From Blastocystis sp. Blastoise (taxonomy: Eukaryota > Protista > Bigyra: Opalinata): DNA of 64,000 nucleotides. The stretch lies in NCBI GenBank assembly GCA_039096225.1, contig JBBPEB010000020.1, positions 124,001 to 188,000 of the forward strand. Reading direction: 5' to 3'. Position numbers and translations under genes: made by a program. Shown here one piece after another: positions 54,661 through 64,000 of this stretch; position 1 is the stretch's first letter, and each line of letters opens with the position of its first letter. The notes under the pieces are model-generated. The model searched no databases, had not been told where the DNA came from, and saw nothing but the letters and a program-made list of their open reading frames with translations.

Positions 54661-57031
54661 TGGTTCAATTTCTATTATTAAATCAATTTCTTCGCTGTTT
54701 TACTAAAAATATCCGGAAAAATTTCTTTTTTTAGTATTTTTGTTTTTTAGTATTTACTTTTATATTACCAACTATTTTCATGCTTAAACAGTTTTCCAAT
54801 ATATATTTTAACACTAAACTACTGTGCCTCACAAGTTTCAGAATAAAAATTAAAAGTTAATTTTCTGTGTATCCATAATTACATTGTGAACTTTTAATAA
54901 ATTGTTGTTTTGCACTTCAGCAGTGCCTTCGTTGTCAAAAATAGTCTAAAGAGTCTTATCTAAAAGACTTTTATTTGATTCTGGGAAAAAATAATTTTTT
55001 TACAGCTTTTGACATAATTTTCTGAGGCGGAACTTTATATTATAATAAAATCAAACGAAAAAAAATGTATAAAACTCTTATGTCCTCTGATATACAATAA
55101 AATATAAAGAGACTCAGTTTTGAACAAGAAAATTATTCCCGTAAATATTTTAAAAATTCAAAACTCTGGTCTGACTGCCCATGGAACAAATAGGCTCGGT
55201 TCATTTTTTTCAGTGTAAAAAAAATATAATTTTTTGACTTTTTGACTGAATTTTGTCTTTGACCCATAGAGGTCTTTTTATTCACTTTTACACGTACTTG
55301 TAACTCTAAGAGGGTCTGAACTTCAAACACAACTATCAAAAATTTAAATATATTGACCCGATGAATTTACAAAATTATGACTTTAAAAAAAAGAAAAACG
55401 TTTTGGATATTGTATAACCCTATAAAAACAAAAAACAATGTCAATTCCATATTAAAATAAGTCTAATAGGGTCTTTGAGTCAAAATCAAAAGTCGACTTA
55501 AAATTTTCGTGAAAATTTTCATTTTTTTTGCCTAAGTCTTTTTTTTATTGAATTATTATTGGATGAATAAATTTTGAACGAGAATTAACCAATCAGAATG
55601 CTATAAAAAGTCAAAAATGCCTATCAGTGATTCCATGTTTTCATTCTGAATACTATTTACATCATCAACATCATTAACCTGAATCTAGTGAAAGTGAGCT
55701 TAAAATATGTTATAAATACATTATTTTGAGTCTCCATGTTTTCTAAACTATTACATTATAAAAAAACTTTATAAATGAAATAACAAAAAAATATTCTAAA
55801 CATAAAAAAAAAAATATTTCTCTGTTTTTATAAAAGAATCATTTTTACACATCGTTTTCTTTAACAAAAGCGATAAATCAATAGATAACTTATTCCAACA
55901 CACATTTCATTTGTAAAAAATTGTCTTCCTCAAATGGATTAGTAACTATTGTAACTAAAGAATTAAAAATAAGTTTTTTTTTAACGTTGACTCATCGAAG
56001 TAACTAAAATTTTACAATAAATAATTACTTATTACTTTTCCAAAATAATAATCATTCTTTAATTACACTAATTTTTAACAATAAGAACCAGTTATAAAGT
56101 TTTTCTAGGTATATATTAAGTCAGAAGATGTTTTTGATTTAGACTTACTATGTTTGCTGTAAATATATTTCTGACAAAGAAAATTACTTACATTAAACTT
56201 TTATTTTATGCATAATAATAAAAGGAAGTGTCTATTTATAACTAATTTATATAACAGAATTGCTATTTATTCAAAACTGATAACAAAACAGCACAAATTA
56301 TAAATATATACTCTTTATTTTGATAAACAACAATTATTTTGTTCTTTATTTCTTTATTTATCCAATAAAAATTATTTTTATAAAATGTTATCCAATAAAA
56401 AAGCTATTTTTTTATTCACGGGAATTAATCTTTTAAAAAGGAGGAAAATACCATGTTTAAGAACAAATCAGAAGAAAATAAGTCATAAAAGAGACATTTT
56501 TATCAGTTTTGAAAAAAAAAACGATATTTTGCTAAAAAAAAATTAAAAAGAGACATGCTTCTCACCAAAATCGAATTTTCAGACACTTTTATCAGAACCT
56601 CTATATAATATTATATATAGAATAATATATATGTATAAATATATATATAGTATTATATATGATATTATATATAGGATCCAATATTTCGAATATTATATAC
56701 AATTATATATATATATAATATTATGTATAGAATTAGATTTATATAAAATATGTTGAATATATATTATATTTATTCATACTCAATTTGTAATTGGTTTTCT
56801 TTTATTCTTTTTTTTAACACTATATATTATTATTATATTATTTTACTATATATATATTTTTAAATATAATTTTATATTTTTTTATATTATTTTATATTAT
56901 TTATATTTACTTGTTTTTACTACTTGATAGTCAATTTTTTGGTTTTTTTTTTAGTTTGATATATATGATATTTAATCGATTACATTTCTATATATATATA
57001 TTAGTATAATAATAACATTATTAATAGAAAT

Positions 57032-57340
57032 TTATACAGAAGGGTCGTGAAGACACTGTCTTTTCATAACCCATCCAGAGACATCATCACCTTGAAAGTG
57101 AAACATAAACGGACAATCGGAAATACAGCATTTGTATATAATTCTTCCTTTTTCGGGCTTTTGTATTTTTATTGGATATCCAAGCTTTTGCATTTGTATT
57201 GAAACTTCACTCTTGAGTTGTGACTTATTTTCATACATAATTTGGACTCCATATTTTTTTCATTCTCAAATTTTTTTATTTCTTCACTATTTTTGAATTC
57301 ATCGTAGTTCACTTTAATCAAATCAAAACCTGCTATCATT
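57032..57340 (-). pseudogene. MuDR/MULE-type N-terminal zinc-finger DNA-binding domain fragment
   Basis: YENKSQLKSEVSIQMQKLGYPIKIQKPEKGRIIYKCCISDCPFMFHFQGDDVSGWVMKRQCLH fits the WRKY-like C-x4-C-P-F...W...H pattern of Mutator transposases. No catalytic domain seen. Confidence 0.55.
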
Positions 57341-57840
57341 TTTGGTTGTAGTTGAACTGAATCAATTGCCTAATTATTAAAAAAATAATGAAAATGCGTT
57401 TAATATCGATTTACAGACATTGTTGTTGACAATATATATTAATTAACCTTTTAATAGTCTAGATATAGTCAAAAAACAAATAAATATATTATTTGGTGAT
57501 TTATAACTGCAAATATTATTTTTATAGAGGAAAATCACCAAAAAATCAGGAAAATTAGAATTGTTGTTTTTTAAATGCCTTATTTGAGAGCAGTACTATA
57601 TATTATTACATTATTAATGACTCCAGTCAATTGATACAAGTATCTGAAATATTTATATTATATTTAGTTTAAAAATTCAAGCAATTATATAAAATATGTA
57701 AAATAAAATGATGGTTTTAACTTAGATAGTTATTTTTCTTCATTATTATGAGAATTTATTAATTTTTTTTAATGTCTTAATTAGTATAGGCTTCTTTTGT
57801 GAAATATAATAAATCAAATAAAAATATATTCTGGAGTTAA

Positions 57841-57960
57841 TAATACTTCCGCTCTACGAGCTCCAGTAATTCACTCGATATAAGCCTTATAAAGGAAAAT
57901 CATACTGATTTTCCTTTTAAGGCTTATAGACGAGTGCTGGAGCTCTCGGCTGAAGTATTA
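57841..57960. repeat. 120-nt imperfect inverted repeat (hairpin) with 3-nt loop
   Basis: Paired blocks TAATACTTC/GAAGTATTA, GAGCTCCAG/CTGGAGCTC, CACTCG/CGAGTG, TATAAGCCTTA/TAAGGCTTATA and AAAGGAAAATCA/TGATTTTCCTTT around the loop TAC (57903-57905). Confidence 0.95.
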
Positions 57961-58310
57961 ATAAAACTTCCTAACCAAGGGGAAGGGTATAAAAATAGGG
58001 TTTTAAGTAAGAGTAATCAGGATTATTCAAACGGAGTGTTTTGATTGGCTTAGACGGGGTGTGCGTCATCGGTTTCTTAAAATCTAATATTAAAAAATAA
58101 TTTTTGGTTAAATGGTTAAATGGTTATGAACCAAATAACCAAATAACCCCCTATTATAAAACAATTTGGGAAAATTAAATTTTTTTTTCAGTCAAAAAGT
58201 AGTGTTTTAAGCAAAATTTTAAACAAAACAAATAAATAACTAGATAAACTTAATAAATATATAAAATATAAATAAAAAAAAGAAAAAAAAAAGAAAAAAA
58301 AACAAGAATC

Positions 58311-58805
58311 CTAGATTCTTGAACCAGAATACAAGGCCTTATACACAAGACCTTGTATTCTGTGATCAGCCTTGCGTTTGGCTGATCTTTCCTTGAGCTC
58401 CTTGTCCATTTTCTCAGCCATATCAGCTCTAGAGAGGGAATTTGGCCCTCTAGGGTGATAAAAGCTGATGTCCCGAAGGACTGGACCTCTCCAAGGAGCT
58501 CCAGGATAGGGAAATATATAACCATCATCCCAGTCAAGGCTCTCAACACAGTTTAACTCTCCATTCTCGTCGAATGAAAAATCATTCGGCGAATAACAAG
58601 GTGCTACATGTTTCAGTAAGCACCTAGGAAAGATAAACTGGTTCCCTGATGGAACGGTGGCTTCAGTAGGTTCAATTTTAATAATTCCCTCAGCATCCAA
58701 TGGCAGAACCTCGTCGCAAGAGGAGGAGCTGGGGGATATAGATATAATAGACTCTTCTGACTCCGAGTCAAAAGAGGAAATGAAGGTAAGATCAATAATA
58801 GACAT
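58311..58805 (-). CDS. Hypothetical protein, 164 aa (acidic N-terminus, basic C-terminus)
   Basis: Intron-less ORF, noticeably GC-richer than host genes, with an A-rich context before the ATG. Confidence 0.7.
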   Translation of the reverse strand: MSIIDLTFISSFDSESEESIISISPSSSSCDEVLPLDAEGIIKIEPTEATVPSGNQFIFPRCLLKHVAPCYSPNDFSFDENGELNCVESLDWDDGYIFPYPGAPWRGPVLRDISFYHPRGPNSLSRADMAEKMDKELKERSAKRKADHRIQGLVYKALYSGSRI

Positions 58806-59217
58806 TTTTATATAATAAATAAATAATACAAAATCAAAAAATCAAAATAAATCACCATAGGAGCGTTATATTCATGGCGGAAATTTTTTTTAGCACTGTG
58901 GAGGTGTACTCTCCCCAGGGTTTTTTTTTTTCACGGTTTTGATCAATATTGACAGAGAAAAATGGATTTTTCACTTTTACTAGAATTTTTTATAGTAGAA
59001 TTTAGTATTTCTTATTTTTAATAGGGAAGGAGTGGTCGTATGAAGATGAAAGTTATATGGTTGAACTCAGGAGCTCATTTCCAGTCGAATGGTGTAATCC
59101 GCTTGTTGATACGACCATTAATTCGTATAGCTGAACTTGGACAATCACATTGAAATTGATTCATGAATACTTTGGGAATTCCCGTGAATTTTGTTTTAAA
59201 AAATGTCATTTTCAGCG

Positions 59218-59470
59218 CACATGTGTGCACGTGCAGCCACGTGAAGCCACATGTGTTCATCTGACATGACGAAACACCAATTGACATGACAAATGATTGC
59301 CAATGAAGAGTGAGAATTAGGGAATGAGAGAATTGTGTTCTAGTGAACTTAACGTCACACTAATACACACTTACCGGCACACTATTGTGAACTTACCAAT
59401 GAAGGAAAGTTAATTGTGTTTCAACTTACCAAGTCAACTAACCAATGGGAAAGTTAATTGTGTTTCAACT
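59218..59470. promoter_or_regulatory. Repeat-rich control region: phased CANNTG array, CCAAT motifs and a 23-bp direct repeat
   Basis: CANNTG at 59218, 59228, 59238, 59248, 59258 and 59278. GGAAAGTTAATTGTGTTTCAACT at 59404 and 59448. Lies between divergent ORFs. Confidence 0.6.
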
Positions 59471-59656
59471 AACCGAAACACAAAAATAGTCAAATTGATA
59501 GTATTTTTCACGGGGATCACGAATTTGATATTATTTTTTGTTTATTTTGAATATTTCACTATGAAAAATGTGAATGAAAATTGGATTATAATTTGTTATG
59601 ATATAATGTAATTTCATTTTAATTTCTAGCAATTTCTTAGAAATTCTTTGTAAAAA

Positions 59657-59989
59657 ATGTCAGAAAAAGTAAAAACAAATTGCTTTAAGTTAATATTTGA
59701 AAAAATAATTGAAATATTTTCTAAAAGTAGTGAACTAGTAAGTTGTATAATAGAAAATATTAATTTTAATTGTAACTGTTGTTCTCCTTATAAAGTAGCT
59801 AGATTACATCACTTAAGAGAGTCTCAATATAAAATAGAAAAAATGTTAACTGATATAAAAGATCAAGCAAAGGATATACATGAAAATACATTAGATGAAA
59901 CAGAGTCTATTGAAATAATAAATACAAAATTAGATTTACTAATAAAGACTTTGTCAGAAATATCAAAAAATATTAATTGTTTTAAGTAA
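59657..59989 (+). CDS. Hypothetical protein, 110 aa, with Cys cluster and C-terminal coiled coil
   Basis: Intron-less ORF ending 9 bp before the recombinase ATG; NCNCC motif followed by a heptad-like region. Confidence 0.7.
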   Translation: MSEKVKTNCFKLIFEKIIEIFSKSSELVSCIIENINFNCNCCSPYKVARLHHLRESQYKIEKMLTDIKDQAKDIHENTLDETESIEIINTKLDLLIKTLSEISKNINCFK

Positions 59990-59998
59990 TTTTCAGTC

Positions 59999-61798
59999 AT
60001 GTATAAACGTGGGGATTCTGATGAAGAATGTGAAGATTTTTTTATGAACTGTATTCGTGATTTATATCATTTTAAACGTATCCGTGAGTCTACTTATGAG
60101 GTATATATGCGTAATATGCGTACCATTTGTTCTAAGTTTCGTTCTGCCGCCAATATTAATTTACGGGAAAGTGTGCGTCAGCCTGATTTAGCGCCATACT
60201 TCTGTGTAGAGGCGTTAGGTCATCCTGAATATATTTCCAGTATATTACTGAATTCAGCTACTAGGGCTAATGGTCAAAGTGGTGGTTTATCCAAGACATC
60301 TGTCGCAAACTACTTAGCTATGTTATCATTTATAATGGAAAATATAGATATATTAACAGATGATAGGCAGATATTGCGTTCTCCCGTGTTTTTAAGGTCA
60401 AATATTCAGAAATTTAAGACATTATGGGTAGCTCTACAGCATGACGCTACTACCGCTAGACATTATGAGTATACCGATAGAATAACTGAGTCTGGGGCTC
60501 AGTGGGATGTTTTAATAAATAAAACAAAAAATGATTATTTAAAGAATCCAAATAATTTATTTTATGTAAATAGTTATTTATTAGTATTATCTTATGATTG
60601 TTTATGTTGTCGTAATGATTATGGTGATTGTAAGATATATACTCGTAGTGCTAAAGTGCCGTCAAATCTGAAAAGATCTACAAATTATTTAAATTTAAAT
60701 GATTTAACGTTAAATGTAAATGATACTAAGAATGTTTTTCAGATCGGTATTAACCGTGTAAAAACAAAACAAGAAGTATCTGAAGAATTCTTAAATGTTT
60801 TAGCAAGATCCCTACGGTTATTTCCAAGAGATCAATTGTTTGTAAATGAGTTAACATATGGTTATATAGGAGAAAATAAATTTGGAGAATATATAAAGTT
60901 ACATTTAGGTGATATCTTTACATATAAAGATACTGTAAATGGTCAAATAGTCGAAAAACCGTTAATAACAGGGTGTGATGTCATCCGTCATTTATTTGCC
61001 CAATGTTATTATAAAATATATTTACGTTTAACAGAAAGTGGAAATCCCCAGTTAGAAGTCCGTGGTCAACAGATCTTTGAGAAAAGTGTAGAGAAGATGT
61101 TACATGCGACTTCAACTCATTTAGAACAGTATATAACACCCTTTTTAGAACGTGTAAATAAAAAGAAAAAACAGTTAGATAGAAAATTTAGACCAATACA
61201 AATCAATGGTAGATCTCTATTTAAAGAGTGGTTAGTACAAGATAAAGAGAAAGATGTGTTTCTCTATAAAAGATTTTTAGAACGTATCTTAGAATATCAT
61301 GAAGATTATACAGATGTATTTGGTGATGAAAATTTTGGTCAGTATCTTAGTGAGGGTCAAAGCGTATCTTTTCGTATCTTAGATGATTTTCCAAAATTTA
61401 AACAAGGATTATTGGAGATATATCAACAGTTTAAAAAAGGTGGTTTTCCCGAGAGAATTAATTTACAAAGACAGTTACCTGAGGGTTGTCCATATAAAGA
61501 AGTAGTATGGAATACTGAAGATCGTGATAGATATATAAAATATTTAAAAAATAAGTTATCTGTGCGTCAAATCGATAAAGATACTCGTACAGGTGTGATG
61601 ATACCTCGAGAAAGTCAGGCATTACATAATATGAATAAAAGAAGTAGTGAGTATGACGCTTATGTCGAAGATGGTAAAGAACACCCTTATGCTACACGTA
61701 GTCAGTCTAATATAGACAAAAAACCAAATATAATACGTATAAGAATACCTCAAAAACACCATCATGGTGCAGGTATATTTTTAAAATTAAAATATTAA
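59999..61798 (+). CDS. Tyrosine recombinase/integrase-like protein with ~220-aa C-terminal extension
   Basis: Core-binding-like segments IRESTYEVY and LSKTSVANYLAML. Catalytic-like motifs in order: CCRNDYG (R), NDTKN (K), CDVIRHLF (R), KMLHATSTHLEQY (H...Y). Confidence 0.75.
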   Translation: MYKRGDSDEECEDFFMNCIRDLYHFKRIRESTYEVYMRNMRTICSKFRSAANINLRESVRQPDLAPYFCVEALGHPEYISSILLNSATRANGQSGGLSKTSVANYLAMLSFIMENIDILTDDRQILRSPVFLRSNIQKFKTLWVALQHDATTARHYEYTDRITESGAQWDVLINKTKNDYLKNPNNLFYVNSYLLVLSYDCLCCRNDYGDCKIYTRSAKVPSNLKRSTNYLNLNDLTLNVNDTKNVFQIGINRVKTKQEVSEEFLNVLARSLRLFPRDQLFVNELTYGYIGENKFGEYIKLHLGDIFTYKDTVNGQIVEKPLITGCDVIRHLFAQCYYKIYLRLTESGNPQLEVRGQQIFEKSVEKMLHATSTHLEQYITPFLERVNKKKKQLDRKFRPIQINGRSLFKEWLVQDKEKDVFLYKRFLERILEYHEDYTDVFGDENFGQYLSEGQSVSFRILDDFPKFKQGLLEIYQQFKKGGFPERINLQRQLPEGCPYKEVVWNTEDRDRYIKYLKNKLSVRQIDKDTRTGVMIPRESQALHNMNKRSSEYDAYVEDGKEHPYATRSQSNIDKKPNIIRIRIPQKHHHGAGIFLKLKY

Positions 61799-61864
61799 GT
61801 TGTTTTAAAATATTAAAAAATAGTTTTGTTAACTAAACAAATAAATAAAAAAGAAAATTAAGAT

Positions 61865-62962
61865 TTATTCAGACCAACACTGACTTAAGTTTTTACACCA
61901 ATTAGTAAATTCTTCTTTTTTAGAATCCATATCAATAGGTATATCTTCATCATCAATAGGAACAGGAGTAACAGTAAGTTGATTATCAGTTAAATTAGTT
62001 AAGAAATCAGTAGTAGTAATAGACATATAGTTATTAATATGAGTTTTAAGGGAATGTCCAAGATCTAAAGCCAATTGATTCATTTCTTCAAAGTTATTAC
62101 CATGAGTAGAGCAATAGAGTTTACGTAGACTATTAATAGTAATTCCCCCGGGAATAACACGTCTCATAATATTTTTAACATATTCAGAGAAACGTTTAGG
62201 AGAATAACATTCATTTTTCCCAGGTTTATGAAATAAATAACGACTTGTAGGATTTAAAGTAAATAATTCATGAAGATCTGAATTAAATTCAGAACAACAC
62301 TTAAGTATACGTTCACCATAAGTTTTTGCTGTTTTATATTCAGTAACATGAATTTCATAAGAAGGATTTTCAGCAGTATTATCTTTATCTGGAATAATAA
62401 ATGAAGTAGATTCAGGTTTTTCAGGTTTTTCTTTATAAATAATCAAATTACCATAATCAGCACGAGCAGGAGGCATTAAGACATATAAATCAATTAATAA
62501 ACGTAACGGATCAGCAACAGAGCAAGTTTCTCTAATTTTCTTGAATTTTTCTAAAGAGCAATTGCTATTTTTCAGACATTTTAAGGTAGAATCAGTTTTA
62601 GCTTTCAGATGATCAGTGTAAATATTATTAATAATAGAATACATGGATTCCCAGCTTTTTATAGTATAAAGGCGTTTCTTGATAGACTTATCTTCTTTAC
62701 AGATAAACATAATTAATTCAGTAATTTTCTTCAGCATACTTAGACTAGGATTATATCTTTTACGTAAATAATCAATGAAAACCGTGGGAGTATAGATCAT
62801 TTTCATAAATAATTTCTCCGGAATTGGATTAATAAATTGCTTGAAATTGCTTAATTGCGTATTTTTCCAATCATCAGTCCACTTAGCTACATGAATAATC
62901 ATAAAGTAAATAGAATTATAATGCTTATTATTCATTTTTTCTACGGGAATAGTACAATTCAT
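61865..62962 (-). CDS. Tyrosine recombinase/integrase
   Basis: Motifs in order: MPPARADYGNL (R), TEYKTAKTYG (K), SRYLF, ITINSLRKLYCS (R), LALDLGHSLKTHINNY (H...Y). This pattern is typical of YRs from eukaryotic dsDNA viruses and PLVs. Confidence 0.88.
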   Translation of the reverse strand: MNCTIPVEKMNNKHYNSIYFMIIHVAKWTDDWKNTQLSNFKQFINPIPEKLFMKMIYTPTVFIDYLRKRYNPSLSMLKKITELIMFICKEDKSIKKRLYTIKSWESMYSIINNIYTDHLKAKTDSTLKCLKNSNCSLEKFKKIRETCSVADPLRLLIDLYVLMPPARADYGNLIIYKEKPEKPESTSFIIPDKDNTAENPSYEIHVTEYKTAKTYGERILKCCSEFNSDLHELFTLNPTSRYLFHKPGKNECYSPKRFSEYVKNIMRRVIPGGITINSLRKLYCSTHGNNFEEMNQLALDLGHSLKTHINNYMSITTTDFLTNLTDNQLTVTPVPIDDEDIPIDMDSKKEEFTNWCKNLSQCWSE

Positions 62963-63000
62963 TTTTAAAAAATCGGAAAATCAAAATAAATATGAAATCT

Positions 63001-64000
63001 TTACCAATTTATTTCTCGGAGAATTTGGTTTCTCGTTTTCTTACGTAGGGTTCGTCGACGTCGACGCATACCTGACGCGACATCGATGTTGCTTATGTCA
63101 TTTTCTTTATTTACCCAATCACCGTCGTCTTTTGGTTTCTCGGATTCTCCTTTTGATTTACTTGGTGTCGTCATATAAGAGTAGAATTGACCTAAGTAGC
63201 TCTTATTATTCCACTCATCATTCTCTTTTTTCCGTTTTGTTTCTTCTTCATCTACTTTTTTATGGGCTTCAGCTCTTCTTGCTTTAAAGCCATCTCTACG
63301 TTTTTGATTAATTTCTTCAGTATGCTTAATTCTTTCAGCACGTTCAGCACGTTTTTGTTCAATTTCAGATTTTTTATCATCACTCAATTGACTTAAAGTA
63401 TCTTTATTAAATTGTTTTTTAGGTTTAGTTACTTTACGTCTAGATTCTCCAGTTTCCACAAGATCTAATTTATTCTTTTGATCTGGTTTTTCTTCAGTTC
63501 ATTTATTGCCAGTAACTTCTCCCACGGTTTTATTATAAAGTTTTTTACCAGCATTAGTAACCATATCTGATAGACTACCTTTAATTTTCTGTAAAGTACC
63601 TTGTTTAGCTTTTTCATATTCAGCATCTTTCAGCTTTTGTTTTTGAGCTTTAATTTGGCTATTATTATATTTATCAATTTTTTTATTTTCAGCTTTAGCT
63701 AATGCGTTAAAACCATCTTTTAAATTATCAACATTGTTCATACGTTTAGTGACATTTAGCTTACCTTCATCTGTTTTTAATTCATCACTTTTTATATAAG
63801 ACTTATGAATACGTTTTTTTGTTAACTTACTCATTTTATCAGTCATACCCTCATATTGTGTATTTTTTAAAGCTTTTAAATTATTTAACATAGTTTTTGG
63901 TGCTTCAGTAGAATCTCCAAAACGAGAATAATATTCCCTTTTAATTCCATTTTTTGTATGTATGATTTTCCCATTAATATTCTTCGAAACAGTATCTAAT
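63001..64000 (-). CDS. Long Lys/Arg-rich protein (possible virion core/DNA-binding), split by one in-frame TGA; 5' end outside window
   Basis: The frame is open from the window end to the TGA at 63501-63499, then continues in frame (TEEKPDQKNKLDLVETGESRRK...) to TAA at 63001. C-terminus is ASGMRRRRRTLRKKTR. Confidence 0.7.

Larger units (their letters stand above)
44662..55629 (+). mobile_element. ~11-kb CACTA/CMC-EnSpm-like element with CACTG termini
   Basis: Perfect 14-bp TIR CACTGATAGGCATT (44662-44675) / AATGCCTATCAGTG (55616-55629) enclosing a CMC-type transposase. The flanking bases do not form a clean TSD. Confidence 0.75.
57841..64000. mobile_element. Left part of an endogenous virus-like element (Polinton-like virus/virophage-type candidate) with two tyrosine recombinases
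   Basis: Abrupt switch to intron-less, microsatellite-free, tightly packed ORFs with higher GC. Two YR genes and basic proteins; continues past the window end. No capsid, ATPase or polymerase gene is visible in this window. Confidence 0.65.

Noticed and set aside
38630-63501. Alternative genetic code (TGA or TAG reassigned) suggested by in-frame stops
   Set aside because: The stops occur only in mobile-element genes. Long host exons (e.g. 14876-18025) and both YR genes use TGG for Trp and contain no in-frame TGA or TAG.
57841-64000. Bacterial prophage or contaminant explanation for the intron-less region
   Set aside because: No Shine-Dalgarno-like motifs are evident before the ATGs, which have A-rich contexts. 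The YR motifs resemble eukaryotic-virus types, and the host-wide CCCACG/CACGGG motif is present. Not fully excluded without read support.

Overview
Very AT-rich, intron-dense eukaryotic genomic DNA with short GT-AG introns, many inflated by (TA)n, (TAT)n or (TAAA)n microsatellites. The gene content is compatible with a Blastocystis-like protist (inference only). There are three zones. (1) 1-32.5 kb holds host genes: two paralogous multi-exon BTB-like family genes, a truncated BTB gene, a large Ig/carbohydrate-binding surface protein, a GRIP golgin, a ROK-fold/Asn-rich protein and an Asteroid/XPG-like PIN nuclease. (2) 32.6-57.4 kb is a nest of DNA transposons: a piggyBac-like element with a SAP domain, Harbinger/ISL2EU, Tc1 DD34E, an ~11-kb CACTG-ended CMC/EnSpm element enclosing USP deubiquitinase-like sequence, several MITEs and a MuDR-like fragment. 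(3) From ~57.8 kb to the window end lies a compact, intron-less, virus-like element. It opens with a 120-nt imperfect hairpin and encodes two convergent tyrosine recombinases plus basic proteins; this is the best candidate for an undescribed system (endogenous Polinton-like virus/virophage-type element). In addition, a GC-rich quasi-palindrome TCCC(AC/GT)GGGA is dispersed from ~15 kb onward far more often than base composition predicts. All domain calls come from motif recognition by eye; no database search was run.
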